A DNA stretch of 60,457 nucleotides, counting the filler, from Dirinaria sp. TL-2023a (Eukaryota): NCBI GenBank assembly GCA_051941275.1. It is 9 parts of 9 records of this genome, joined end to end, with 100 filler letters (N's around TTAATTAATTAA, not from the genome) between each part and the next. Parts side by side here need not be neighbours in the genome. Positions count along the whole stretch, not along the records: positions 13,500 to 20,135 come from JAVEBF010001446.1; positions 20,236 to 26,864 come from JAVEBF010001447.1; 7 more parts are not named here. The stretch is one strand, 5' to 3'. Under the pieces are notes generated by a model. It was not told the origin of the DNA, searched no databases, and worked only from the letters and a program-made list of their open reading frames with translations. Every line of letters starts with the position of its first letter. Positions within the stretch are counted from its first letter, which is position 1. Both the position numbers and the translations under genes were made by a program. Of this stretch, positions 13,500-24,737 are shown one piece after another.

Positions 13500-13549
13500 G
13501 TACTGGGTAAGAAGAAGGAAAGAAAAGAAAAAAAGAAGTTACTACTTAC

Positions 13550-15428
13550 GAATTTGACCTCCTGCCTCTGCAAAGCCCTGGGTCCTCCCATCCAGACCCG
13601 ATTGCGGCCGGGCACCGGTTTCTGCTGCAAGCGCCGAAAGGCCTCCTGGACATGTCGCGTGCTGACGGGCGTCCTGCCTTCCTCGGGCATATCGAACAGG
13701 CCGCGCTCGCGCTTCCGCTTCTCGCCGCCCGTGCGGTCCTGCTGCTGTCCTTGTTGTTGCTGCTGCTGCTGGTCCTTGGCATCGCCTCCGGCAGTGCTGC
13801 TGCTGCTGCTGCTGCTGCCACCACCGCCACGGTTCTTGCGCGCGAGCAGCAGCTCCTCCTCCTGTTTCTTGACCGCGAGGGCCTCCTCGGTCAGCGTCTG
13901 GACGATCTCGAAGGTCAGGAAGCCGAGGATGTCGACGATGTCGTCGTTGGGCTTGCTGTCGGTCACGATGCCGAAGCCGGCCCACTCGCGGAACCGCTTG
14001 CCCTTGCGAAACGTGAACGACGCCTGCCGGCACTCGCTGTAGTGCACGTATTCCTCGCGCGTCATGCCCTTGGTGCGCTCGTCGGCGTCCTTGAGCCGCG
14101 CCATCGTCGCGCTGTACGTTTCCTCCTCGTCCTCTTCCTCGTCCTCCTCCCGCTCCGGCACTTGCTCGCTGAAGAAACTCTGCGTTTCCCACGGCAGCGT
14201 GATCCGTGTCCGTTTGTTGCCCTGCTGCTGCTTCTTCGCCGCGTCCGGCCCCCCGCCCGGTCCCGCGCCGGGAGCGGCCTGGTCGGGGACCACCAGCGGT
14301 TCTTCGAGATCGACTTCCGGCCCCTTTTCGTCCGAGTCTTTGGCCGTTTTTCGCACGTCTTTCCAGGATAGGAAGGTTTTCAGTCGAGATACTTTGGCGC
14401 GGTCGTGCCGGATTTGGAAGAATAGGTCATACATGCTGATGGAGCGGGAGCCGCGGCGTTGGGCGAGGGCTGTGGAGCGTTTGAGCTGGCCATGCTGTGA
14501 GCAGGCGAAGGATATTGAAGGGGTAGGGGGAGGCGAGTGGAGAGCACAAGGGGTTTATGATGGGTTGAGTGGTGGCTTGGATATTTCGTAGATGTGAGGC
14601 AGGGGGGGAGGTGGTTCGATCTTGTGAAAATGCTGGGGGTGCTTACCATTTCAACGACCTGCTCCCTGACAATCTCTTCGATGATCGTGGTCGTTTCAGT
14701 GGATGGTTCCGAGGTTTCGCCCGAAACGAACATCATCTGCGTGATCATTTCAGTCAACAGCACGTTCCATTCATTTTGTTGCCGCTGTAGCTGCTTGATA
14801 GCGGTGTCTATCTCCTTGAGATGCTTGAGCTCCTCATCGGTATAGGGCACTCCGTTATTCAAGACATAGCCCCCCTCCAGTTCGTGCAGGGCGTCCTCGG
14901 GAAGTCTTGTCCTGAAAAGCTGGAGCTCCTCATCGGTGTAGAGTTCTGCATTTTTGAAGATTTCTTTTTCTTCCAGCCCGCCCAAAGCGTCCTGAGGGAT
15001 GCTCATCTTGGGTGTAGGTGCTTCAAAGAAAAGAGTGGAAAAGGGAATGGAGCAGAAGATGTATTGCGGAAACCACTTTGTGCTGATTGTGCATGGCTTC
15101 AACAACATTCATCCGATTACTAGCAGTATCATGAAGGGTATCAACCACTAATAGCATGCACAAGCTTATACTTGATTAAGTGTGTGCTGTCCTTCTGCAT
15201 AAAAGTAGACCAGTGTTTACTTCTTGCATAATGTTGTATCCACACAAATAATCACTTAAGGATGTGTTATAGATGAGTAGAAAGGGGGAGAAAGCTACAC
15301 GCTCTGCTTGTATGCCAGGGCATCGGGGCTTCTTCCTCCTGAGTGTATGGTTCACCGCTAGTGAATAATGAGATTGAACTTCTCACCTGCTGTATCTCCT
15401 GCCTGTACTTGGGATTTCGCTCTGCCAT
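13550..15428 (-). CDS. SPT3: SAGA complex subunit Spt3 (last exon lost at the contig end)
   Basis: Exon 1 15428-15387 [14 protein letters not shown]. Intron 14737-15386. Exon 2 [12 protein letters not shown]...QVVEM. Intron 14486-14646. Exon 3 with [33 protein letters not shown] and DILGFLTFE. Donor GTAAGT at 13549. Confidence 0.96.
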
Positions 15429-15599
15429 TTCTCCTGTTCTTCGAACCTAAGGGACACTCACAAGCGCCCCTCAACTCCAGCTAATGCTACGGATACAATA
15501 TCACAGTTACAAAGAAAAAAGGCAAAAAACGAAGGATTCCAACATCAACATTCGACCATAAATAGCTTCATCTCCAGCCCTTCATGTTCTTTGTTCCTG

Positions 15600-16683
15600 G
15601 CTTCATAGACAGAAGTGGGTAATCACTCAGTCAATCCGACATCGTATCGACAGGCCATAGAAGCATTTTATCGAGGGAGACGGGTTTGCCTCATTTTCCG
15701 AATATGTTTGTTTCTTGGGCGAACAAACTGCAAGCCCGCTCTTGAGCAATTGGTCCTCGACAAAGACGGCCAAGACCCTGCTTACGTTAGGGTGATATGA
15801 ACCCTAAATTACTAGTGGTTTCGGAGTACGGAACCCTAGTGTCTACCTAATCGGACTACAATGATCAGGTCCGCAACTACATATCAATTCGACTGCAACA
15901 GAAACCAGTACGACAGACCTGGATGGAAGTGAAAGGCAAAAGTGCTTTTACGTCCGGCATAGACTTCTAAGCTGATTGAGGTAAGAGAATACATACTATT
16001 ATGGGCTACGATGGGCTGGAGTTACGGTTAGAGATTTACGACCTTTTATTCCTGGGATTGCAACTCCGATATACAGAAACGATACTTTAAACAGCCCAAA
16101 AGCATGACACTTCTTACCTCCACATTAGGCATCCGACTCAAATCCGGCGTGCTGTAGCTTATGCTCCTACTCTACCGGCCCTTTCTTATCCCCTGCTTGC
16201 TTTGCAAGAATCCTTCGATCATACATGTTTCCAAGGACGAGCTCAAAATCAAGTTGCATCAAAACAGAAAATTGCTCAACTTAGTCAGTCAGGGTAAAGA
16301 GCAGATGGGTGCACTTCCTCTTCCTCCGTCTCGTTCTCGTCCGTGAAGATCGTTATCGACTCGATGCCTTTGCCGGGCAGCCCACTCGCGTCTTGAGTTA
16401 ATAGATATACCACCGCTCTTCCGTGGGGAAGTCCCCAGCAAAGCCGTGAAGAATTGCCCGGAACGGAATGTATGGCCCGAGGAGCGTAGAAATGGTTCTC
16501 CTCAGCACCTACCGCAGCTTCCGTGGCAAGTTTCGTTTCGTGCGTGAATATGTAGTGTCGAAATATTTTGTGTGACCGGCATGGACGGGGTGCTCCGCGG
16601 GATCTTAAAGGGGTTGTGATATTTTGTTCAGTAATTTCCGCGTAGGAAAACACCTGATTTGGCCCGGCTTTTTTTTTTTTTTT
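15600..16683 (+). ncRNA. Long structured non-coding RNA, candidate telomerase RNA
   Basis: Nested long-range helices 15672-15699/16292-16339 and 15742-15751/16270-16279 (perfect 10 bp). Further stems 15978-15987/16111-16120, 16012-16018/16092-16098 and 16373-16380/16454-16461. G-U wobbles favour the + strand. AACCCTAA at 15800-15807 follows hairpin 15775-15793. No credible ORF. Boundaries approximate. Confidence 0.55.
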
Positions 16684-17239
16684 CACTTTTCAAATTTCCA
16701 AACATTTCGCTTGCTTCACTAAAAGTAAAATTACAAAATCCCCAAGCCAAGCACACGTAAGGTGAGATAGGCAAGTGCCTTAGATTCGAGAAAGAGAAAC
16801 AACCACCAAAAAAAAACTTTCGCCTGCTATAAGGTAATTTGCATACTTTATCTATAAGTTTACATTAAGCGAACTAAGGTGAGGGAGGGCATGGAAAGTT
16901 CCTCAACCCCCTACCTTACATTAGCCTAAAAAGCCCCATCCATCCCATGTTTATTGAATTCCAGAAAAACTGTAAATATAACCCTACCTAGGTAGGTAGC
17001 CCAGGAAGCACAGTACCTTACCCGCCACCGACCTAAGTAATATAATAGGTGCCCCCACAATTTGCGAATTGTGTGAAACAAACAAGTGAACCCACTTTCT
17101 TAAAAGCCATATACACCAAGCAGTCGGCTAATAAATAACAAGCACAAAGCGCTCATCCCGACTCCATCTCATGGTTTAGATTAAATTGAACAGAAAGAAC
17201 TTCCAAGAAGAAGGGAGAAAAAGGAACCCAGCTTTCATA

Positions 17240-19686
17240 TCAAGAGCCGTCGGCGTTGCCGTCGTAGATGCCACGGCTAACTTTCGCAGGGTTGCCAGCT
17301 ACAACCGTAAAGCGTGGAACGTCCTAGTAAGTCCCTCGTTAGCGGGGGAGGTCTCCCTTTGATGAACTCGACACCGGATGTATGACAATAAAGGGGAAAA
17401 CAAAAGATATGTACACCTACCTGATGCAACAAGCTCCCAGCTCCAACAGTGCTACTCTTACCCACTCTTACCCCGGCCAAAATCGTGACGTTGCTACCTA
17501 TCCAGCAGTCCTCCTCGATCACAATGTTACGACCTAATGCTTGACCTCCGCTGCCGTTCCTGCGCCGCGGATCGATCGGGTACGTCGCGCACACGAGTTT
17601 GACATTGGGGCTGAAGATACACCGTGCACCGATGGTGACCGAGCAAGTATCTGATATGCGGCAGTCCGGCCCGATCAGTACATCATCGCCGATCGTGATG
17701 TTGTAGCCGTAATCACAATGGAACGGAGCCTCAACCACGACACGCTCTCCGCAGGTGCCAAACGGCAGAGGCATGGTGGGTTGCGGCGCAGGGCCCTCGC
17801 TGCCGTTGGTCAGGAGTGGTGGCTCCGGTGACGGCTTCAGGCTGAGGATTGCTCGGAATAGGCGGGACCGCTCCTCCGGACTGGCGCCATGCGACGGGTT
17901 TGTAGCATTGTTAAAACGCCAGGTAGCCGCGAGACAGCGTTCGCGATCTTCCATCAATGCTGGGCTGAAGGGATGGTAATAGTTCCCTTTCAGCATTTTC
18001 TCGCGCTCCGTAAGTTGTGTATCTCGCCGGCCAGGGGAAGGCCGCAGCGATGTCGATAGAGCCCTCTCCGCGACGGACTGAGCATTGGACTGACTTGGCG
18101 CCTGAGAAGAGGGTCCAGAATACTGCGAGTGAGACGAGTTCGATCGATGCGCCCGGGGTGGGGGCTGCATGGAACCTGAATCGTGCGATTCGTATGGCAT
18201 ATCATGACCTGATCCCGGACGGTGATCAGCATCAGGGTTGTATTTGGACAGGTGTGGTGGATTACTGGGATATGGACGACCAGACTTCATCCATGCAGGC
18301 TTTGACTGCATGTTCGGGGGACTAGGTCTCCCGTAAGGATCGCGCTCCTCTTCCACGACAATAGGCTTTATTCGATCACCCTCGGGTGTTGGGTGGTGAT
18401 GGGAAGCCATGTGAGGAGGCGGTGGGGGATAATGGTCAGGGCTCTGCTCGTGAGCATAGGGAGGAGGATACGGTCCCGGGCGATGGATGTTCGGTGGGGG
18501 ATAGCCCTTTTGTTGGAGAGGGATAGGCGCCTTCGCATTCGAGGGTTTCTGCCAAGTGTTCCGGATCGTGTAACCTTCGCACACAAAACCGCCACGGAGG
18601 CAGTTGTTACCTGCTCAACAGTCAGTATTCTGCAAGCTTAAAGCGTGGCCTATGGGCGAAAGACGTAAGCGTACACTCGGGATGCTGTTCGTCACATTTC
18701 TTCTTGCGCCTTCGGCAGGTCATGCAGCCAGTTTTGGTTCGATTACTGAATACTCTCTTTCTTCGCTTCCGGTCTATCTCCCTTTGTGCCGCAGACATAT
18801 TCGGATTATATTCGCCATAGTGATGGTCTTCCTCCTCGGGAGTCATGAACTGCTCCCGCCCTGGCAGCGGCGGCTCGTAATTATTATTACTATTATTATT
18901 ATCGCGCTGAAGATCTCTTGAAAGTTCGTGCGCAAGATGGGCATCATGGGGATCTGGGTAATATGGTTGCCTTTGCTGAGCCGGCGGAATATGAGGATCG
19001 AAGTTGTGATCATACTCGTTTCTCACCAGTTGATGACGCTCTGGTTGAGGATATGATCCATGGGGAGGCGCATGGTCAGGACGTCCATACGGGTGCAGTG
19101 GGCTTGGTCGTGGGTAGGGTTGAGGAGGGCTTCTTGGTTCTGATTCGCGTGGCCGGCCATTTGTCTCTGTAGGATACATCCTCTGATCGGGTGGAGGTGG
19201 TGGTAACGAGTGGCTATGAAACGCGGAGCTGTCAGGATTATTGTACTCGTCAGAATCCGATCTCTTCCGCTTTTGCGGACTACCGTTGACGTGGTTGCTT
19301 TGGTTGATGCTGTCGCTCCTTGTTTGGCCATTGACTGACTGAGGCCGTGGTTCGTCGGAAGGCCCCTGCGACCGAGGTGCTTGATACGAGCGGTCCATGG
19401 ACGATGACGGCGGCGACGCCCTGTGTTCGAGCCGACTCTCTGGGCGCGCTGGGCGAGAAGACGACGGTGTTGGTGCCCTGTCTTGTTGATTGTTTGGTTG
19501 GATGGGTCGGTAAGTGGAACTTTCGGAGGCTTCTTTGGTCTGCTCGGGATGCGACTTATTCTTTTCCGGCGGTGAAGCAGAGGGCCGGCCATTGACCGCG
19601 GTGAATCCAGGTGTTGACCGTGCGATACTATCCGACTCCACTCTGCGATGCTCGTCGAGCGCTGTGTCGGAAGCAGTGGTGGCCAT
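17240..19686 (-). CDS. Zn(II)2Cys6 domain protein fused to a maltose/galactoside O-acetyltransferase (Mac + hexapeptide repeat) domain
   Basis: GCMTCRRRKKKCDEQHPECNNCLRGGFVCEGY after intron 18611-18674. C-terminal TEREKMLKG, EAPFHCDYGYNI and IEEDCWIG. Intron 17324-17420, then DVPRFTVVAGNPAKV. TGA 17240-17242. Confidence 0.93.
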
Positions 19687-20135
19687 CTGTTCGCGATGTT
19701 GGGGGGGGGAAGACTCTACTGAATAGCGGCGCTTAGTGCGCGAAGACTAGACGCGGCTCCAAAAAAAAATCGCTGAAGGGAAAATGGCACCCAAATCAAG
19801 TAGAGGAGGAATCGAACTGTGAATGACGGATGCGAAATGTGAGCATCCGCGTGAAGCAGTCCCGAGGGGTAACGTGATACGGTTGTAGAGTACAGTCCCA
19901 GTCCCGGGATTGGCGATCGGCTCGGCGTCACGCAGACACGCAGCGATATCGGGCGCTGTTGTGCGCGGCAGTGTGGACAAAGCCACCCAAACGGAGATTT
20001 GATGATGTCAAAGCCGAGCGGGCCCTTGACTCGGTATTTGGGAAAAGAGGGTTGAAGGGGAATGGGAGCAGCCAAATCAATAGTACATGTGGGAAGTGGG
20101 CTGAATGGGGATTGTGTTTGTGTGGTGGGAGTGTG

Positions 20136-20235
20136 NNNNNNNNNNNNNNNNNNNNNNNNNNNNNNNNNNNNNNNNNNNNTTAATTAATTAANNNNNNNNN
20201 NNNNNNNNNNNNNNNNNNNNNNNNNNNNNNNNNNN
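20136..20235. other. Artificial contig linker
   Basis: N44-TTAATTAATTAA-N44. Confidence 0.99.
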
Positions 20236-22167
20236 GATGCTCTCGGTGGGCGCGGGGGTAAATGCAGGAAGACATATTAGGAGTAGTGGACGATGGAAGC
20301 AGGTCAATCGCGACCCGCGGCTGCCTTTACTGTGCCAGTGTCCAGTCCTTTTGAACCCTTCTCTGGTTCAATTAGAAGGTAAGGTACAGGTACATTATTA
20401 TTATTAGGTAGGTAAATGGGGTCGACACGGTAGACCAGGGTGATTAAGGCATGATTGACGGGAAAGTCGAGCCCGCAGGCCCAAGGGTGGACCGACAAAG
20501 TCACCAAATGCCATCTACTTTACCTTACTTTACTACCTTAGTTACTACCTTAGTCTCTCGTACTTGCTAGGTTTGCTTTACTTTACCCTAAAGCACCTTA
20601 GTGACATTCGACTTCAATGCGGATGCAGATCCCACAGCCCGCCGAGCCCCGCTAGCCCGAGCTTATCCCCAATCTAAATCAATTACAGTATGACTGTACC
20701 TTATGAGCAACTACTGAACAGCCCCTGCTCATTTATTATTATTATTATTGTTGTGACTACTGCTAATCGTCTGATTATTATTATTATTGATCACTCACTT
20801 CAGAAATAATAATAAGTCCATAATTTTGGAGTATTATTATCACTTGATGATTGTGATTATTGACAACATTAATAATAATGATGAAACCCTTCCCACCAGA
20901 ACCCCCTCCGTCTCCTTCCGCTTATACTTTGTCTATCTATCGAAACACCACCATGATCAGCGACCCAGCAGCCCAATGTGTTTCAAACCTCGGGCAATGC
21001 CGACCAAACAGTCTTCTGGACAAGTAGGAAGAAATTCGTCAGAGTCTGGGTACTCGTACCGTCGTACGGCCGTACTTGGTTGGACATGCCTGGGCTCACG
21101 ATTTGGCTTGCTGCACCTCGCGCTATTTCCGGATGGTCCTTCCCTTGCTCTTGTTATTTGTGCCGCAGCCACAAGCCTGTCGACCTTAAAGCCATGGAGC
21201 AAGCTACACCACACCAGACTACGGACCAGTGACGAGGGGATGGATCGCATTATTTCGCCCCATGGGTCACTGGGTTCTGCAGGGGACTACCTTACGGCTG
21301 GTTGACTGACATCTCGCCATGTGTCGGCGCGTGGGCTAAGGCAGTCTGCAGAAATGGGGATCGCCGATGTACCGGTGGGCGGTCACCGCGGGATATTGGG
21401 ACTCGGGCGATCCCGCACCTAAGGACAACGAATAGTGATGCTCTGGAAAGACGAGCCGGCTCTCTGCAGTCTGCACTCACCACGAGGATGGCGAGGCTCT
21501 GCATGCCGGGTCCTTAGGTCCTCTCTCTGCAGATTGGAGTTAATTGCACCCAACGAAAACCGCTCAGTACCCCTAGTCTCAACGGTAATATCCAACGGTT
21601 CGTTGAAAGGAGGCATCATGCATGCAGGTCGTAGAGGTAGCCCGCAAAAGTATATCAACCCCCAAGGAGCCGAGTCCTGACTCCTGAGCCGACTAAGAAG
21701 CAGCGTGCACAGCACGAGGCAGGAAACGCCAATGGTTGCTCCTGGTGGTTGTCGCAAGATATGTACAGTCCCTTCTTGCGATTCATCCCCCAATACATCG
21801 CCAATTGAGCAGCATCGATTTTTTGCGCACCGATCATGCTTTCTCCCGCAGAAGCACAACCTCGCTTGGAATGTTTACTCGATTGCGCATAGATTAGCGG
21901 ATCTCGGACGCTGCCTACAGTATCTCCTATACCTGTGTAGTGTGTACAGTACAATTGAAGTCTACATTCATTCGCTTCTTGCTTGTGTTACTTGCAGAGC
22001 TGCCGGCCCCCTGAAACTCATCAGCGGATAGGCTCGAGTCAGCTGTAGACATTATATAATGAAACCCAAAGACTGATCATGCTAAATCTCGGGCGTCATC
22101 AAGTTCCTGCAGCGGCCCCTCCCAACCAGCAAGATGGTAATGAGTAGCCGCACGAGACATAGATGAA

Positions 22168-23318
22168 TCAATAGGTTGCAAGCTGCATTCCAGGAGCATG
22201 CTCGGAAAATTCGTAGATCTAGGATTCGGGTGTTTAAGCGCCTGATCACGGGTAGAGAGCGGCTCAAGACGACTCACCATATCGTTCCATCCTCCACCCC
22301 CAAACTTCACATCGCTCTTACCTTTGTTCTCAAAGCCTGCTTTTTCGTAGAAGCTGACCAACGGATCATGCGCTAACAGCGCGATCCTATCTCCGATGCC
22401 GGAAGTCTCCATTCGCTGGGTGTGCGATCGAACGATAGTCTTGCCTAAGCCTCGGTTCTGGTATGCGGGTAGAACAGCTACAGAATGTATAGCGATCGTA
22501 CGGCCGCCGTCCCGGTGTCCACGAGTTTCGATGCTTGAAATACCGGTTTGCCAATCCGGAGGGAGCTCCATGGACTCATCAGTGACCTGGGTCTCTGAAG
22601 ACTGGGTTGCGATGACGTGGCCGATAAGCACGCCTCTCTTGCTGGGATTGAAAGAGTCCGGAGGTCGTGCAGGAGAGAAAGTTGGTTCCGCAGAGGCAGG
22701 CCCGTGCGCGTCTGAGGTTGAGAAGAGGCCAAGACAAAGCTCTGGACATTTGGTGAGTCGATAGACGAACTGCTAGAACTCAGCATCGACACAACGCCGT
22801 GGCCTGAAAGATCGCATCTTTGGCTATGGCTTGGAGGCTTGTCTTATTGTGCAAGACTGCAAGAGAAAACCACTTCGACGATATCATTCGTGTGGGGCAT
22901 CTGATGCAATGCTCTCCAAGGTGTACAGCAAAACCAAGAAGTCTGAAACAATGAGTTCGGAAATGCACATGGTCCACCACCAGCGCTGCTGAGGGATGGG
23001 GACAATGTGGTTGAGCAGTGGGGAAGCTGTGCTGTTCGTCTGGGCAAGGATTATGTCGAAAGATCCAATCGTATTGCTTACCTTCTCTTCAGAGCAGCGC
23101 TCATGTTCTGGGAAAGTTGCATTCTCCAAAGCCACACAGCTATCGAGATCTGCAAGCCCAAGCGTCGAGACGTATGGGTGCAGGTCGTCCTTTGCCGTGT
23201 TACCTCTCGAAGCCTGCATCTGTTCTGCAAAACTGCCAAACCCTGGCGTCTTCGCATCCGGGCTGGCAGTTAGCGGGGTTTCGTCTGCAGTTCGCCGGCC
23301 GAAAAGATCTCGAGGCAT
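22168..23318 (-). CDS. GNAT acetyltransferase, polyamine/aralkylamine N-acetyltransferase (Paa1)-like
   Basis: LENATFPEHERCSEEK | FVYRLTKCPELCLGLF...IAIHSVAVLPAYQNRGLGK...FYEKAGF...FGGGGWNDM. Introns 22770-23081 and about 22219-22277. Confidence 0.9.
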
Positions 23319-24737
23319 GGCCAACGGGTACCACGCATCTCCAGGAGAGGAAATTGGGTGCAGTGGCAAGAAAGATTCAGTATACACTCGTACCAGATCT
23401 GGGAAGCTGTCAGAAGCCGCGGCTCGTATTTGGCGGAAGCCAGGACGAAGGATGGGATGGAAGTACAGTGAGTCAGGAGTTTGGACTTATTCGGAGTATT
23501 GTTACTATTGATGCCATGAAGTCTCTCTCTGTGGCTTGACTTGAAACCTAATGTAGTCAAGCCACCAGTGCCGCGGCGCCGTACCAGATACGGAATCGGA
23601 GACCCGAGCGACTCTCGTCACCACCACTACGGAGTAAGTACGGTAAAGTACTACTAGGGATGCCGTACCTACATACTACTTTACTGATGCCGTACCTCAA
23701 GGTACTCCTAGTTAAGGTAGTAGTAGTGCTCCACGACTGCCGTACTCCTTCCTTACCTATTATTCTTATGATTACTAAAGCACTTACCGTAAGGTACTGT
23801 AGGTACAGTAGGATTCAGCCCTCACCCCACACACAGGTTACCTTACCTTACCACTGAATCCTCTCAGGCTCTCCATCTACATAGTTGTAGTATGATAAGG
23901 TAAGGTAGGGTCATACATGGTTCCCGTCATGTGCGAACCGCCTTCTTACCTGAAGTCACACCCGTCTTTCATTATTAAGGTACCTTGAGAATGAACCAGT
24001 GACAGGGTCTTCCCAACCATTCATATGAATAATAATGTGTCTCATGTAGACACGGTACTCGGTAACTCCACCTACATGTACCTTAAGTCCCGTGTGCCGT
24101 GTGTACATACATACAGTCCATCCATCCCCTGACCTGACAGGCTGACTTGCACTGTCCTCATGTCCTGACCGCGGCACTGTCGTCATTGAAATGCAGAGAG
24201 ATATTGCCCTACCGTAGCCCTGCATCATCTAGCCAAATTGGACATACGTGATCGTTACCCCCCAAGCCCGATGTGTATATGCCCGTGACACAACTGCTCC
24301 TTCGGTTGATTATTATTGTTTTAATATTTCGAAAAGACGCGACCAATACAGCCCCCGGCAACAGCAGCTGGGGAGGCTCCTGATCCACCGCAGGTTTCGT
24401 CAAGCCGACCAACCATGGCGGTAAAGAGTAGCACTCTTTCCGATCTAGACCCGCCAGTGGGATGGTTCGAGCGGTTTCCAATCGTGCTTACAACTCCAGA
24501 ATTCTGCCTGCTTGGCTAAAACGCCCAGCGGGACAACACCAACCAAAGGCATCTTCACTTTTCAGGCAAGGCCAACTCAGCGACCGGTGCATGCCGGTGG
24601 TGAAGCTCGCTATTGAAGCGTGGTCAGCTCGTCATCCTTGCAGCAACAGCCGTCAAGCTAAGACTACACATGCGCTCACCTTCCAGAACCCTTCCTTTCG
24701 ACAATACTGTAGGCTTGACAGGACTAACCTGATCGCC

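Noticed and set aside
13542..14591. Long overlapping and antisense ORFs over SPT3 (likewise 27044-28147 over the monooxygenase)
   Set aside because: Shadow ORFs from GC-rich codon usage and CAG/GCT microsatellites.
16425..16620. GGAAGTCCCC and AAAGGGGTTG as RNase MRP P4 strands; also considered RNase P and SRP RNA given the T15 run
   Set aside because: The 3' motif lacks the GGGGCUNANU pattern, GGGGAAGTCCCC folds locally, and no RNase P CR-I or SRP helix-8 motif was seen. A covariance search should still include these models.
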